NCBI GenBank assembly: GCA_003971905.1 | Contig: RSEE01000106.1 | Location: 186,001 to 214,185, forward strand | Direction: 5' to 3' | DNA: 28,185 nucleotides | DNA from: Moniliella sp. 'wahieum' | Lineage: Eukaryota | Shown: in pieces, positions 1 to 11,333 of the stretch | How the letters are laid out: every line of letters begins with the position of its first letter | Numbering within the stretch: position 1 is the first letter of the stretch | Notes under the pieces: model-generated | What the model was told of the DNA's origin: nothing | Seen by the model: only the letters and a program-made list of their open reading frames with translations | Databases searched by the model: none | Made by a program: the position numbers and the translations under genes

Positions 1-8
1 TTGTCGTC

Positions 9-15
9 AAAAAAA
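9..15 (-). terminator. RNA polymerase III oligo-T terminator of the tRNA
   Basis: A7 on the + strand (T7 on the -) directly downstream of the tRNA 3' end. Confidence 0.8.
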
Positions 16-16
16 T

Positions 17-105
17 TTCCCCGACCGGGAGTCGAACCCGGGTCTTGACGGTACCTGCTGGAGAGCAGTGAGAGCGTCACATCATAGCCGTTGGACCATC
101 GAGGA
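17..105 (-). tRNA. tRNA-Glu (anticodon CTC) with a 17-nt intron (52..68)
   Basis: Reverse complement folds as a tRNA: acceptor TCCTCGA/TCGGGGA plus discriminator A, D-arm TGGTCCAACGGCTATGA, anticodon stem TGACG/CGTCA with CT-CTC-A, intron CTGCTCTCCAGCAGGTA at the canonical 37/38 site, T-arm CCGGG-TTCGACT-CCCGG. Confidence 0.95.
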
Positions 106-353
106 GTAGATGCCAGCTGAGGCCAGCATAAAAGACATGCACTTCGGTACTCCCACCTGCTCTTCGTATCCTATTTTTGGGATAACCCTCTCCCTCCCCG
201 TGGCTGCCCTATGTCCTGGTCGGCCCTCGGGCATCTACCAGCTACGGACACACGCCGCCTGCCTTTCCTTCCTTGGCTGCCTTGACTTGCATTGACTTGG
301 CAGGTCACATCTGTCGTAAACCATCCATCGCAGCCCAGCGGCTCAGCGGACGG

Positions 354-2864
354 CTACACGCGCAAAATGGACCGAGGGGAGGGCGAGTTGTTCGAACGGC
401 TCGGTGGGCGCTGGCACCGTGTCCGGCTGCAGCGGCAGCAGGGGCAACTGGGGTTCGGGCTCAGCGAGGCACAGGATCGGTGCCAAAGCAGACGGTAGCG
501 CGCGAGGTGGGCCAAGGCCTGGTCCTTGTCTTTGTCTTTGCTCGTGTCCGTGCCTTGGTCAGGTCCAAAACACGCATGGAGGAAGGCGAGGTCGCGCCTC
601 GTAGCGGCGGGGAAGAGCGCGGTCGGAAGGCTGGCACGTCGAAGGAACGCAGCTAGAGCCTCTTCTTTCCAGTATCCGCGGTCCAGCGCCGTGATGGGTG
701 CGACTTGTCGTACGGCCGAGGCGAGGTCGAGGAGGGCGGTAAGCAGGGCAAGCGAGGGGGTGGGAACGTGTCCTTCGTGTGCATTGTCCTGCTCTGTGTC
801 CAATACGAGCGGGGAAGAGACAGATACGCCAGAAGAGAGACGCGTGCGTAGCCCTGTGCATGGCCGAGGCACGTGCGCCGAGCCAGGTGGCACGACCGCG
901 CTGGCCAGCTGTTCCAACCGCGTGTGCACGCACGTTTCACGTCCAGCCCAGCCACCGACGCGAGGTGCGACAAGGCCCGGCTCTGTGCACATGCTGACGA
1001 TACCATCCCAGCTGCGCGTGGCGGTAACGGCGGCATCTGTGGTTCGGCTCCATCTGTAGGTCCGGTAGCGGATAGGGCATGGCTCACGCGGTCCAGTAAC
1101 GCCAGTACAGCAAGCCAAGCAAATTCCGTTCGTAAACTTTGCTCTGTGCCCGTCTGAGCCAGTTGACGGAAAAAGCCATCCATCTCCCGTGCCACCTTGG
1201 CCGCAGCCGCGTCGATCGGACTGAGGACGGTGCTTACGCCCGGCGTCAGACCCTGCAGTCGGTCGAGCAGCGTCTTCTTCTTACCTGTTTCCCCTTCCTC
1301 GGTAGGCGGGGCAAGAAGCGCGAGCTTGGCATCTTGATCGGGCAAGGTAGCGAGCGCAGCAAGACGGTGAACAAACCCGTCCCCCATCTCGGCCAGTTGG
1401 GCTGTATACAGACCAACGAGGATCGAGTCGAGCCGACGCTGCAGGCTGGTGCGAAGGGTGGAGAGGGTGGTACGCGCAGTACGGAGCACAGGGGCACAAG
1501 CCACGTCGCAAGATAATTTTTCCTCTATGGAACTGAGCGTACGTTGTGCCACCTCGGCAGCGTACGACCCCACCCGTCCACGGCTGCGACCGACGAGAGA
1601 CGTCTAACAGCCCACCCATCTCCCCGTCCCACATGCTCCACCACCGACTCACACCACGCCGCCAGCACCGCTCCCAGCTTGGTCGTGTCCATGGACTGGG
1701 GTCGGTCGTGGGGCGGGTGGCCCAGAGAGACGCAGGTAGGTGGTCCACCCACCCACCAGCGGCACAGTGGCGAGCGCTTGCACGTCATGGATGACACTGC
1801 GGGCAGTGACCTGGGCCCAGGGGAGACGGCGGACTTGGCAGTGGTAGTAGTAGTAGTAGTGGTGGTGGTGGTGGTCGGAGTAGGAGTGGGGGTGAGAGTG
1901 GAATCGGTAGTAGTGGGAGGGGTAGTGGTGCCCAATTGAATGTCGTGCAGGCGAGGGGGACAGCGCCTTGCGAGTCGTGGTGGGTGAGGAACGCATGGGT
2001 AGAAAAGACGACCGAGTCGGACCAGACCTGAGCCCAGCGAGTGAGCAAGGCACCAACACGGTCCTCTTCAGTCTGCTCTGCTTGCTCGACAGGCGGGAGA
2101 GAGAGTGAGCTAGGCGATCCCCCCTCTGGGCTAGGACAAGGTCAAGCAGACGCTCGGGAGGCGTGGGGTGAGCAACGCGTACCCCACCACGTCAGCGACA
2201 AACGTGCGGAAGGGGAGATGCTCGCGCGCCCACCGGTGAAGGATGAGGGAAATGGTGCGGGCCTGGATCTGCTTGATGCTGTCGCGTGCACGAAGCAGGA
2301 GCGGCCAGCGCGTCTCGGCATCAGCGTCGTGGGTGAGCATGTACGTCCACACTGCGGTCGAGGACTGTGAGCCAGCCAGATGGAGCGTCTTGGCACGCGG
2401 ATGCAGCAGCTCTGCCACCCAGGAAGCGCCGAGAGGAGAGCAGCACAGGCGGCCGTCGAGTACACTGTCCGTGCGAGCTCTTCCTCCGGTCGTTCGTCTG
2501 GGGCCGAGAGGAAGACCGAGAGGGAGAGGGCGACCGAGAGCGAGAGCGGGGCGGACGGAGGCGGAGGCGGAGGCGGAGCGTGCAAGGCGTGGGCGACAGA
2601 GTGGAGGTCGCGTGCCAGCTGATCGGCGGCGACGTGCATGTGGGCAATATCTGTGGCTGTACCGAGCATGTCGGGGTAGTGGCGGGCGACGAGGGTGCGG
2701 ACGCCTTCTTGGGTCGCATACTGCTCCTGCTTGACCAGGGCAAGGTAGGGCGCAACGAGGCGGACGGGCAGCGCGGCCAGCACATCGTCCGCATCCACCA
2801 CCAGCGGGTCGAGCGGCGCAAAGGCCGGGTCGACCAGGCTGCGCTTGTGCGCCGACGAGAGCAT
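354..2864 (-). CDS. COG1: Conserved oligomeric Golgi complex subunit 1-like protein (Vps51/Vps67 N-terminal domain); frameshifted in this assembly; 3' end approximate
   Basis: N-terminal DADDVLAALPVRLVAPYLALVKQEQYATQEGVRTLVARHYPDMLGTATDIAHM matches the Vps51/COG1 pattern (LRxLVxxxYxDLL). Helical protein-like segments continue through minus-strand ORFs 2131..2925, 1785..2048, 653..1573 and 354..1118. Confidence 0.65.
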
Positions 2865-3358
2865 GGCCGGCGCAGCAAGCGACGCCGTGCGCGCGCTTCC
2901 GCTTCCGGCTCATTGCGGCGGGCACGCGGGAGGGCGAGGGAGGGGTGGTGGGACGTGGTTGGGGGCGACGTGGGGGTGGTTAGGCTTTGGGGGCAAGCAA
3001 GCGCGCTGCTGCCAATTCCGCCCTGGGCTGATCTGATCGACCAATCCAAATTCTAGGCTGGCTGCTGGCGTGGTGATTAATTAGGCTCGCCCACCTCCCG
3101 TCCCCCTCGTCGATCCCGCGCCATGACGAGCGAGTTGCGCCGGCGCACCGCCACCGGCCTACCGGAGGGGATGGTCCTGCCCCGGGCCGTGTCCCAAGCG
3201 TCTGCCAAAGGCGAAGCGGCCTCCCCCGCGTCCGCCCCCCGTCCGCCCCCGCTCTCCCGCCGCCCCGACGGAGACGACGCGTGCGCGCGTCGACGCAGTT
3301 GCGGCGGCTTGGGGTGCGCCGCAGCGCACTGGACTGGACGTTGAGTGGCTTACGGTGG

Positions 3359-4171
3359 ATGACAATGGCGTGGGTGGTGCTCCTACTTCTACAGCGCATC
3401 TTGAGTGGCACTTGTTCTCTCCCGCCCGTGTCGGTGTCCGTGTCGTGTCCGTCGAAGGGCGAGGGCGAGGTGGGCGCAGATGCAGACGCAGATGCAGACG
3501 GCCGGTTTCTGCAGGGCAAAAAAGTACTTTTGCTCACGGCGCATCCGGACGATGAGACGATGTTTTTCGCGCCGTTTCTAGCGCAGGTGAGGGGGATCGA
3601 TGTGCATGCGCTAGTACTGAGTCGCGGGGACGCTGAAGGGTTGGGCGCCACGCGGAGCAGGAGGCGAAAGCGGCGTACGCGCACTGGGGGGTACCCTCTT
3701 CGCAAGTGGAGGTGTTGGACGACAAGTTGTTGCCCGATAGCATGACGACGGAATGGGACGTGGACTACGTACGCTCTGTCTGCTTGCTCGTCTGGACCAC
3801 ATCGAGCCCGATGCACTAGTCACGTTTGATCGCGGGGGCGTGAGTGGCCACACGAACCATCGGGCGTGTTTCCTAGCGAGCCAGGGACTGCAAGGGCGAA
3901 ACAACTGCAAGTGTGGACGTTGCGCTCGCACGCCCTCGTGGGGAAGTACCTTCGGTGCTCAAGGCCGTGTGGGCAATGAGCATGTGCCGATCGCGAGCGT
4001 GGCTGGGGCTGTACAAACCAGGCCACGACCAAGTGTGTCTCCTCGCCTCGCCTAGCAACTACCGTCGTGCGCTTCGCGCCATGGCGCAGCACGCTTCGCA
4101 GCTAGTTGGTTCCGGTACATCTACCTCGTCCTGTCCAGTACATGTACTTCAATGAGCTGGTGCTCCAATGA
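3359..4171 (+). CDS. GPI12: N-acetylglucosaminyl-phosphatidylinositol de-N-acetylase (PIG-L/Gpi12); frameshifted; start may lie upstream at 3123
   Basis: N-terminal hydrophobic stretch, VLLLTAHPDDETMFFAP, LSRGDAEGLG, LVTFDRGGVSGHTNH, AMAQHASQLV and C-terminal YMYFNELVLQ-stop, all typical of the PIG-L family. Confidence 0.9.
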
Positions 4172-4398
4172 ACCCATACCAACCGACGCTAACATTCAAC
4201 ATTTTGCCCCTCCTCCCTCCCCAAGAAGAAACAGGCAGAAAAACACACAAGAAGGACACACAAACCGCACGAAGGACACAGAGCGCGGAAAGGGGAAGAA
4301 AGGGGAAAGAGAGAGAGAGAGGACCAAAAACGGCCTAAGGAGAGACCGCAATCGGCGCAACGCACAACTAACGCACACCAGCGGCGATATTTCGTAAC

Positions 4399-6564
4399 CT
4401 ACTCGTCGTCGGGCGCCGTGCGTTCGTAGCTCCAGATGCGGGCAGTAAAGTCGCCAGAGCCCGTGGCGAACAAGTGCCGGCCGGAGACATGGATGGCAAT
4501 CACCGAGTTTTGGTGGCCATGCAAGACAAATTGAGCGTGGCCCGTGCTGGGTGCGCCAAATTGCACAGCACGGTCCTTGGAACCAGACACGGCCCACTCG
4601 CCATTGGCGAACAGGAAACTGATAGCACATAGTCCTGATGCCCTTCCAACGTTGACACGTTCACGTCCACGTTCCCGTTCGCGGTCACGTTCGCGATCAC
4701 GTTCCGTTCGTATTCGCGTTGCCTTGGCTCGGGGTCTTGGGTGCTGGTGCTGGTGTTGTGGTGGTTGCTCCCGTGCTGGTGTGGGTGGCAGGGGCAAGTT
4801 GGCTTGGCCCAGGACCTTGTCCGGTTGCACTTACATGCCACTTTTTCACCGCTTGTCCAGCGACCCGAGAGGTAAGAGCCATCGGGGGAGAAGGCGACTG
4901 AGTACACCGAGTCGCTGTGGCCCTGGAGCGACTCAACTTGGCCGCGGTATCTGTGTCATAGACACGTACCACCGAGTCCAGTGAGCCCGCCGCGACAGCC
5001 GAGAAGAGGTGTATCGAGACGCTGGTCACGCCATGGTCCACATCGGGCTGGTCAGTATCTTTGCTAGAGTCAATATCATATCAATGAACATGTGTGACGT
5101 AAGGTCCCGAGTTGGTGTCCCAGATACGTATGGTATTGTCGCCGAGCCTGAGGCGAGCAGGGTGCCATCAGCCGACCATCGACGAGTAAATTTCTTGGTT
5201 GTTGTGACCTTGCAGCAGGTGCACCAGCTTGTCTTACCTTCTCCTTACCCTGCCAATGTCCAGATCCGAACGAGGTTGTCCTCGGCGCCCGTGGCGAGCA
5301 ACGCGCCATCAGGTGAGAAGCAGACGGAGCGAACGTACAGGTCGCCTGAAGGAACGAAGAGGCAGACGGTGCACAAGCTCAGCTACCTTGGCTCCCGTTT
5401 TGGTCTCGTAGATACACGCTTTCCCATTGCACCCCGTCGCGAGCAACGTTCCATCGCGCGAGAACCGCACACAGCACACCACCGACTCGTGCATCAACGT
5501 CTGCACCAATTCACATCCAACACCCGCTTCACCTGCGGTTGAAAATCGCATGCCAATCGCTACCTTCGGTCTTGAGTTCCTTTGGGCACCTCGTCCGGGT
5601 CCAGATCGCTCAGGCTAGCCAACGCACGATTGGCCTCGCCGCTGCACTGATGGCTGGGTGTTCGGGTTCGGGGTCGGGGTCAAGTTCGGGTTCGCAGTCG
5701 CGGTCGCAGTCGCAGTCGCAGTCGCAGTCGGGTTCGGGTGGGCGTCGACAGCAGGGCGCACCGGTTGGTCGCCCACCTGCTGCGGTTCGGAAGCAGGTGG
5801 AGAGTGAGTGCGCTGGGGGCGTGGGGAGTGGGCATCGGAAGGCTCGTCCAACCGTGCTGGAACCGACAATGCGGGCAAGTCGCGTTCGACTGTCCAATCG
5901 CGCGCGGTGGGGTCGGTCAAGCGGATACGTTTGGTCTTGTCCTGGGTCTCCGCTCCGGATCCGGCGCGTCGTCGCGTATGAAAACGCGCGGCTGCGTATG
6001 TTCCCACTTGTTGACAGGCTTGGCGTACCACCCTTCGTCCCGCTCTTGCAGCGTGCGTTCGTCCGCTTGCGTACCGTGCGCTTGCAATTGCATTCGCAAC
6101 CGGTAAATCTGTTCATCGTAGCTACGCATGGGCGGGGCGGGGGAGTTAGCACAGCATAAGACAAGATACGAAAACAGAGCAGAGCAGAACAGAACAGAAC
6201 AGAAAAAAGAAGACAGACAGACATACCCAGCAAGCAAGTCCGAGTGTCGCTTCTCGAGCTGGGCAAACAGCAAACGCATTTGCTGTACCTCGTGCAGCTG
6301 GGCAGAGAGGAGAGACTGGACACCGTCACACTCAGCGCGCGACGCACCGGCGTCCTGGTGCAACAACTCAAACTCACGCTGGATCGTGTCGAGCACCGAG
6401 GCGAGGCGCGTATGCGCTTGCGTATGCGCTTGCGTATGCGGTTGCGTGTGCGCTTGCGTGTGCGCTTGGGTATGCGATGGTGTACGCGATGGTGTATGGG
6501 ACGGAGCTTGTGCATCGCCCACGCGCGGCGGCACCGGCGTCCCACCGCGCACCGGTACCGACAT
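4399..6564 (-). CDS. TUP1: General transcriptional corepressor Tup1 (Tup_N coiled coil plus WD40 repeats); intron 6122..6226; frameshifted
   Basis: Tup_N-like [16 protein letters not shown]...[12 protein letters not shown]; linker [23 protein letters not shown] motifs [87 protein letters not shown]...[15 protein letters not shown]. Confidence 0.93.
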
Positions 6565-6823
6565 GGCGCTTCCACCGGGGGAGCCAACGGAGACGGCGGA
6601 GGGGACGGAGACGGAGACAGAGAGGGGGGCGCAGGGCGGCGGTGGCGGTGGCGCTGGTGGGGGAGCGCATGCCGCTGCCCTTATTGGCGAACGCGACGGC
6701 CTCGGCAAAAGACAGGACGAGCAGCAGGTGAGCAGGCGAGCACCCCTTAGCACCCCCTCTCGTGATGACGTGGAAGGTGTGGGATGCACAGAGGCTAGTA
6801 CTAGCGGCTGCCACCTGTAGCAT

Positions 6824-6853
6824 GTCACATGTCACGTGTTACACCCACGTGAC
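6824..6853. promoter_or_regulatory. Cluster of three RTCACRTG bHLH E-box motifs upstream of TUP1
   Basis: GTCACATG 6824..6831, GTCACGTG 6831..6838 and reverse GTCACGTG 6846..6853. Confidence 0.45.
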
Positions 6854-7106
6854 CACTGCCCTGCTCCGATCGGCGCATCCGTGCCCCGAGGGGCCGTCGC
6901 CGTCATTCACCATTCGCAATGTACATTCGACAGGCACATTTACCATTCCACGGCACAAGCAGCTATCCTAACCCCTAACCAAAGCCTATCCCTATCGATC
7001 TATGCTCCTTCTCCCGCCACTCCATCCCCCCCCACCCCACCACCACCAATAACAGGGACAAAACGTAGCATAGTGACGAGAGAGCAGAGTGACTAGAGGC
7101 TAGAGA

Positions 7107-9535
7107 CTAGTGACCCGGGAGCGGCGATCTGCGCCATGCACCAATCCACCGCAGCCCCCAGTCCCTAGCCCACAACCAGCGCGTGCACTGCCACTGGACC
7201 CGACCTAACCGCCTACCGGGGCAGGCAAAGGCAAACGCACCCTCAAACCCAACCCCAACCCCAACCCCAGCTGGGCAAGAGCGCCGACGGGCGAAGATCT
7301 GCTCACTCTGGTTGCGGGGTAGGCAAGCGCGGGACGGGGGCACGCCCGCAGCTTCCTTTCCTTCGCAGCGGCCTTTTCAGCCTTGATCGACGGCGGGTCG
7401 GGGATACCGTACCGTTTACGCACTGCATCAAACGTTTTGAGCATCTTGCGTCGCGCGCCAAGCGCAGCAACGCCCATGGCCTGTAACGCCGCATCATCCA
7501 TAACGACCATATCGCGCCACTCGCTCGAAGCAAAGTTACTCGTATACTTGTGCAGGCGTAGTTGGCGTAACCATGCCGCCGTATCTTCCAGCACGCTCAG
7601 GTCAGCCACTTCGTCCTCGTTGTGTGGCGTATGCGGACGGGGCAGGCGAGTGAGCACGTCGAACAGGTCAGGTGACCGAGGCGCACTTAGCCGTGGCGAT
7701 TTCATACCTCCACGACCGACGCCTGAACCTACCCCACCTACACCACCTACACCCCGCATTCGCAGCTGCCACGTTCAAGCCCGCACGTGGAATTGGCGTG
7801 AAGCCTGGCGCGACCCAGCGGCCGAGTAGGCTCCCGTGCTGGGCAAGCGTACCCCAGCACCCAAGTGGGGCGACAACCCCTGCGGCGGCGCTCCGGCAAA
7901 CTGACCGTTGGTCACGGCGATTTGTGCCAGGAGGTTCTGCTGCAACGCAATCAGTTGTGGCGGGGACAAGCCGGCACCAAGCCCGGCCAAAGCATTCATA
8001 GCTGCAAGTTGGCTGGGTTACCCAGTCCTCCCGAGGGGGACTGCAGGCCCGCAAGTGCGGCGGGCGAAAGGCCACCGACAGCAGGGTTGGGCGAACCAAG
8101 CGCAGCCAAGGGACTGGCCAACAAGGCTGCTGCGCCAGGCGAGCGCAGTAGGTCCGCAGCTTGCGCAGGGTCGTACAGTCCTCCCTGGGCTTGGAGCTGC
8201 GCGGCCAACTGGCCTGCTGCAGCACCGCCGCATTCGTCTCCCAGTCCGCAGGGTCGGAGGGGTAGTCGTGTGTAGCAGGTGCGAGGGGCGCCTCGCCCGA
8301 GGCCGGGCGCGACGCGGACCGGGAAGCCGGGTGCGACCCGGACGCAGGCACACAACACCTTCGTCAGGCGGCGGGCTGGTCGGACCGCTGCCCGGAACAG
8401 GGGAGCGGGTCTGACTGCCAGCTGGCGCACCGAGCGTCGTAGGCCGCGCCCGCGCCGCCGACGCAATGCCTTCCGATACATCGTCCAGACGGCTAGGCGC
8501 AAACGCGGTGCCTGTGGTGTTGCCACCGGGAGAGGTGAAGTGGGCAAGGTGTTCCGGCGCCGAGGTACGGTTGGCTTTGAGTCGTGCGGCCTGGCTCAGA
8601 GCGGCACTGCCGTCGAGCGCCGGGGAACGGTACGACTTGCCCCCTGGGGCGGCTGGGACGTGGGCGGGGCCAAGCCGAGGGAGGACATCTTGGCTTCGAG
8701 TTGTTCCGCATCATGGAGTTGACGCCATTGTGCGAGCCCGTGACGGGCGAGAGGAGGGCATGGACCGGGTCCGTGCGCGCCATCTGCTGCAGCACCGTGA
8801 TAAAGAACCGAATCTGGACTTGGGTCGACTCTTGGAGCAAGCTGTACAGCGCCCGCGGTACGCTCCGCCTCCGACAAGACACGGAACCACGCTCAATCGC
8901 ACCCAGTTCTTCCTTAAAGTTGGCATCGAGCGAGGCAGCGGCCATCTCCTCGAGCGTATGCTCGTAGTTCTGCAGATCTTCAAACCAACGGTCCATCGTT
9001 CCGCTCTGGTCGGCCGGCGTGCCATGCGCCGACAAGCTAAGGTGCGCGCCGGCGGGCATGCCGCCGACCGTGCCAGGCCGCTGGGGCTGGGGCGAGGCAC
9101 CAAAGCCCGGGGAGAGAGAGAGTGGGAGGTGGCGCCGCCGAGGCCGCCGCCAAACGCACCCGTGAGGGGCGAGGCGAGGAGGGAGGTGTGGCCGCGCGGG
9201 GCGATACGCTGGTTGGCCATGGGCGCCGCAGAGCCCATGATGGAGGAGGAGCGCCAGTTGGAGGCGGCCTGGGCAGCAGGGCCGCAGTGGAGGTGGGGGC
9301 GGCGGTGGCGGCGGGGTTGGGGGTGGCGGCGGAGCTGGAGTTGGGGTTGGGGCTGGGGCTGGGGGTGCCGTAGGAGCGGCGGGCGAGGTCGGGCTGGTGC
9401 GGGGCAGGGCGGGAGGGGAGGCCGGTGCGCGGGGGCGGGGCTGGCGGCGGGCGCGGGCTGGGAGGCGCTGGGGGGGCGCGGGGAGGCGGTGCGGCCGATG
9501 GGGGCCGAGCCGAGGGCGGCGGGGGGGCTGCTCAT
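7107..9535 (-). CDS. VTS1: SAM-domain RNA-binding protein Vts1 (Smaug family); frameshifted; 3' end approximate
   Basis: Fungal Vts1 N-terminal block DRWFEDLQNYEHTLEEMAAASLDANFKEELGAIE...SEAERTA...LYSLLQESTQVQIRFFITVLQQMA, and SAM domain AWLRQLRLHKYTSNF...MGVAALGARRKMLKTF. ATG at 9535 in CCGCC context. Confidence 0.93.
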
Positions 9536-10061
9536 GGCGGCCAGCGCAGAGGGGGGGTGGAGGTGGTGGTGGTGGCGGTGGTGGTGGCAGAGACGACACA
9601 GACGGCCGAGAGAAGGACGAGGAGCGCACTGGACACGCCGGCGTGTCCCAAAGCAGGCCGGTGGGATGGAGGGGCGAAGCAGCGAAGCAGCGACGCAGCG
9701 ACGCAGTCAGGCAGTCAGGCAGTCCAGCAGCGCCCCAGCGCACCAGCGCACCAGCCCCCCCGCCGCACAGCCCCAGTGTGTGCCCCCGGCCCGCCACCCA
9801 CCACCGCCGCCGTGCGCCCGCCTCGCCGCTGGCACCGCGCCCGTGTGGCCCCTGCCTGCCGCGCCTGTGCTGGCGCGGCGGCGACGGGCACGGCGCCAGT
9901 GCTCAGCGCGCGCCGCACGCCCCCCCCCTTGCCGGACGCTCCACGTCTCCACTCGCCCCGTGCCCGCCCCCCGGCCCGCCGCCCCCCTGCAGGGCCAGCA
10001 TACAACCATGCGCCTGTCACCCATTGCCCACCGGCATCACCATTAGCCATCTCACCCCCTC

Positions 10062-10168
10062 ATCACATGCGCACATCCCCTCCCACGCGTCCCCATTGGG
10101 AATCCATATTCCATCCCCATCACGTGCACGCACCCCCCCTTGTCACCGGCGTGTCACGTGCCTTATCA
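10062..10168. promoter_or_regulatory. Cluster of three RTCACRTG motifs plus a TGATAA (-) site in the VTS1/GNAT divergent promoter
   Basis: ATCACATG 10062..10069, ATCACGTG 10119..10126, GTCACGTG 10153..10160 and TTATCA 10163..10168. Confidence 0.4.
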
Positions 10169-10269
10169 CAGCTCCCTGTTCCTGTCAGAAGAGTCACCGA
10201 CAGAACCGTGCCTGCGCGACACGGTATCGACACGCACCAACTATCTCCGCTGGGCCCACCTCCACCGCC

Positions 10270-10801
10270 ATGGCGTTCGTCGCGCGCCTCGCCACGCTGG
10301 ACGACCTGCCTGCGCTGCGGGAGGTGATGGACCTGTCCATCGGCCAGCTGCAGCACGGCTTTCTCACACCAGACCAGGTCACTGCGAGCCGGCAAGTGAT
10401 GGGGCTGGACACGCAGCTGCTGCACGACCAGACATACTTTATCCTGCTGACGCCCTCGGGCGAGGTTGCTGGCTGCGGCGGCTGGAGCCGGCGCAACACC
10501 ATGTACGGTGGTGACCACACGCCGGTCGCGAACCGGCGTTGCTCGACCCTACCAAGGACGCAGCCCGCGTCAGGGCCATGTACACCCACCCGGCCTTTGT
10601 CCGTCGGGCGGGTCGGGCGTCAGATCCTCGGTCTGTGCGAAGAGCCGCGCGCAAAGAGGGCTTTACTCGTCTCGAACTCGCCGGCACCTTGGCCGGGGAA
10701 CCACTGTATCGCTCCTGCGGCTACACGGAGATCGAGCGCTTGTTCGATGCAGTGCGCTGGTACGCATGGGCAAGTCCATCCCCCCCCTGCCAAGCACCTA
10801 G
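10270..10801 (+). CDS. GNAT-family N-acetyltransferase, bacterial type, intronless; frameshifted
   Basis: Joined frames read MAFVARLATLDDLPALREVMDLSIGQLQHGFLTPDQVTASRQVMGLDTQLL...AGCGGWSRRNTMYGGDHTP...LLDPTKDAARVRAMYTHPAFVRR..VGRQILGLCE..ARKEGFTRLELAGTLAGEPLYRSCGY...LVRMGKSI. Contains an acetyl-CoA motif A-like R-x-x-G-x-G region and the LYxxxGY motif. Confidence 0.88.
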
Positions 10802-11333
10802 TTCCTCATTCCTCATTCCTCTGCTGCACCGCACTGCACCCCGATCTGATCTGTGATGGCACCCACACACCAATGAAAGCCACCGCGTCCCGCCACGCGC
10901 ATGCGATGCGCCTACCCCATTCCCCCCCACCTCGCGTGGTGGGTTCCCTCACACACACCTCCCGATGGACCCCCGCCTTTGCACGCTGTGCACCCTACCC
11001 GCCAGCTGTTGCGCAACTCGTATGCAACAGCTGTACTACCTCAATACTGTGTCTGTAGCTGATGGCTACACTGTGCCCTGCACGTCAACTGCAGGACACA
11101 GGCAGTGCTGTACGCGCTGCATCAAGCTGCTGGGATATAAGACACCCATTGCGCCTATTGATTCGTATCCTACTCGCAACTCACCCGCCCATCCATAAGA
11201 AAAGTGTGCGCGAGCCTGTTGCCAATGATGCATGGTGCTATTGCTGAAAGGTTTGCACACCAGATAGACACCTCGCTTTGAGCCGACCAGAGTATACTGT
11301 GCATGCAAATCAAGATGGGACCGAGGGTGTCAT

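Noticed and set aside
6967..6980. CCTAACCCCTAACC as telomerase RNA template or telomere seed
   Set aside because: Only two imperfect units inside a C-rich low-complexity intergenic/3' UTR tract; no supporting structure seen.
8466..11058. Long ORFs 8466..10046 and 9397..11058 as large proteins or a GNAT fusion
   Set aside because: Stop-poor antisense or shadow frames of GC-rich VTS1 and its promoter; the real GNAT starts at 10270.
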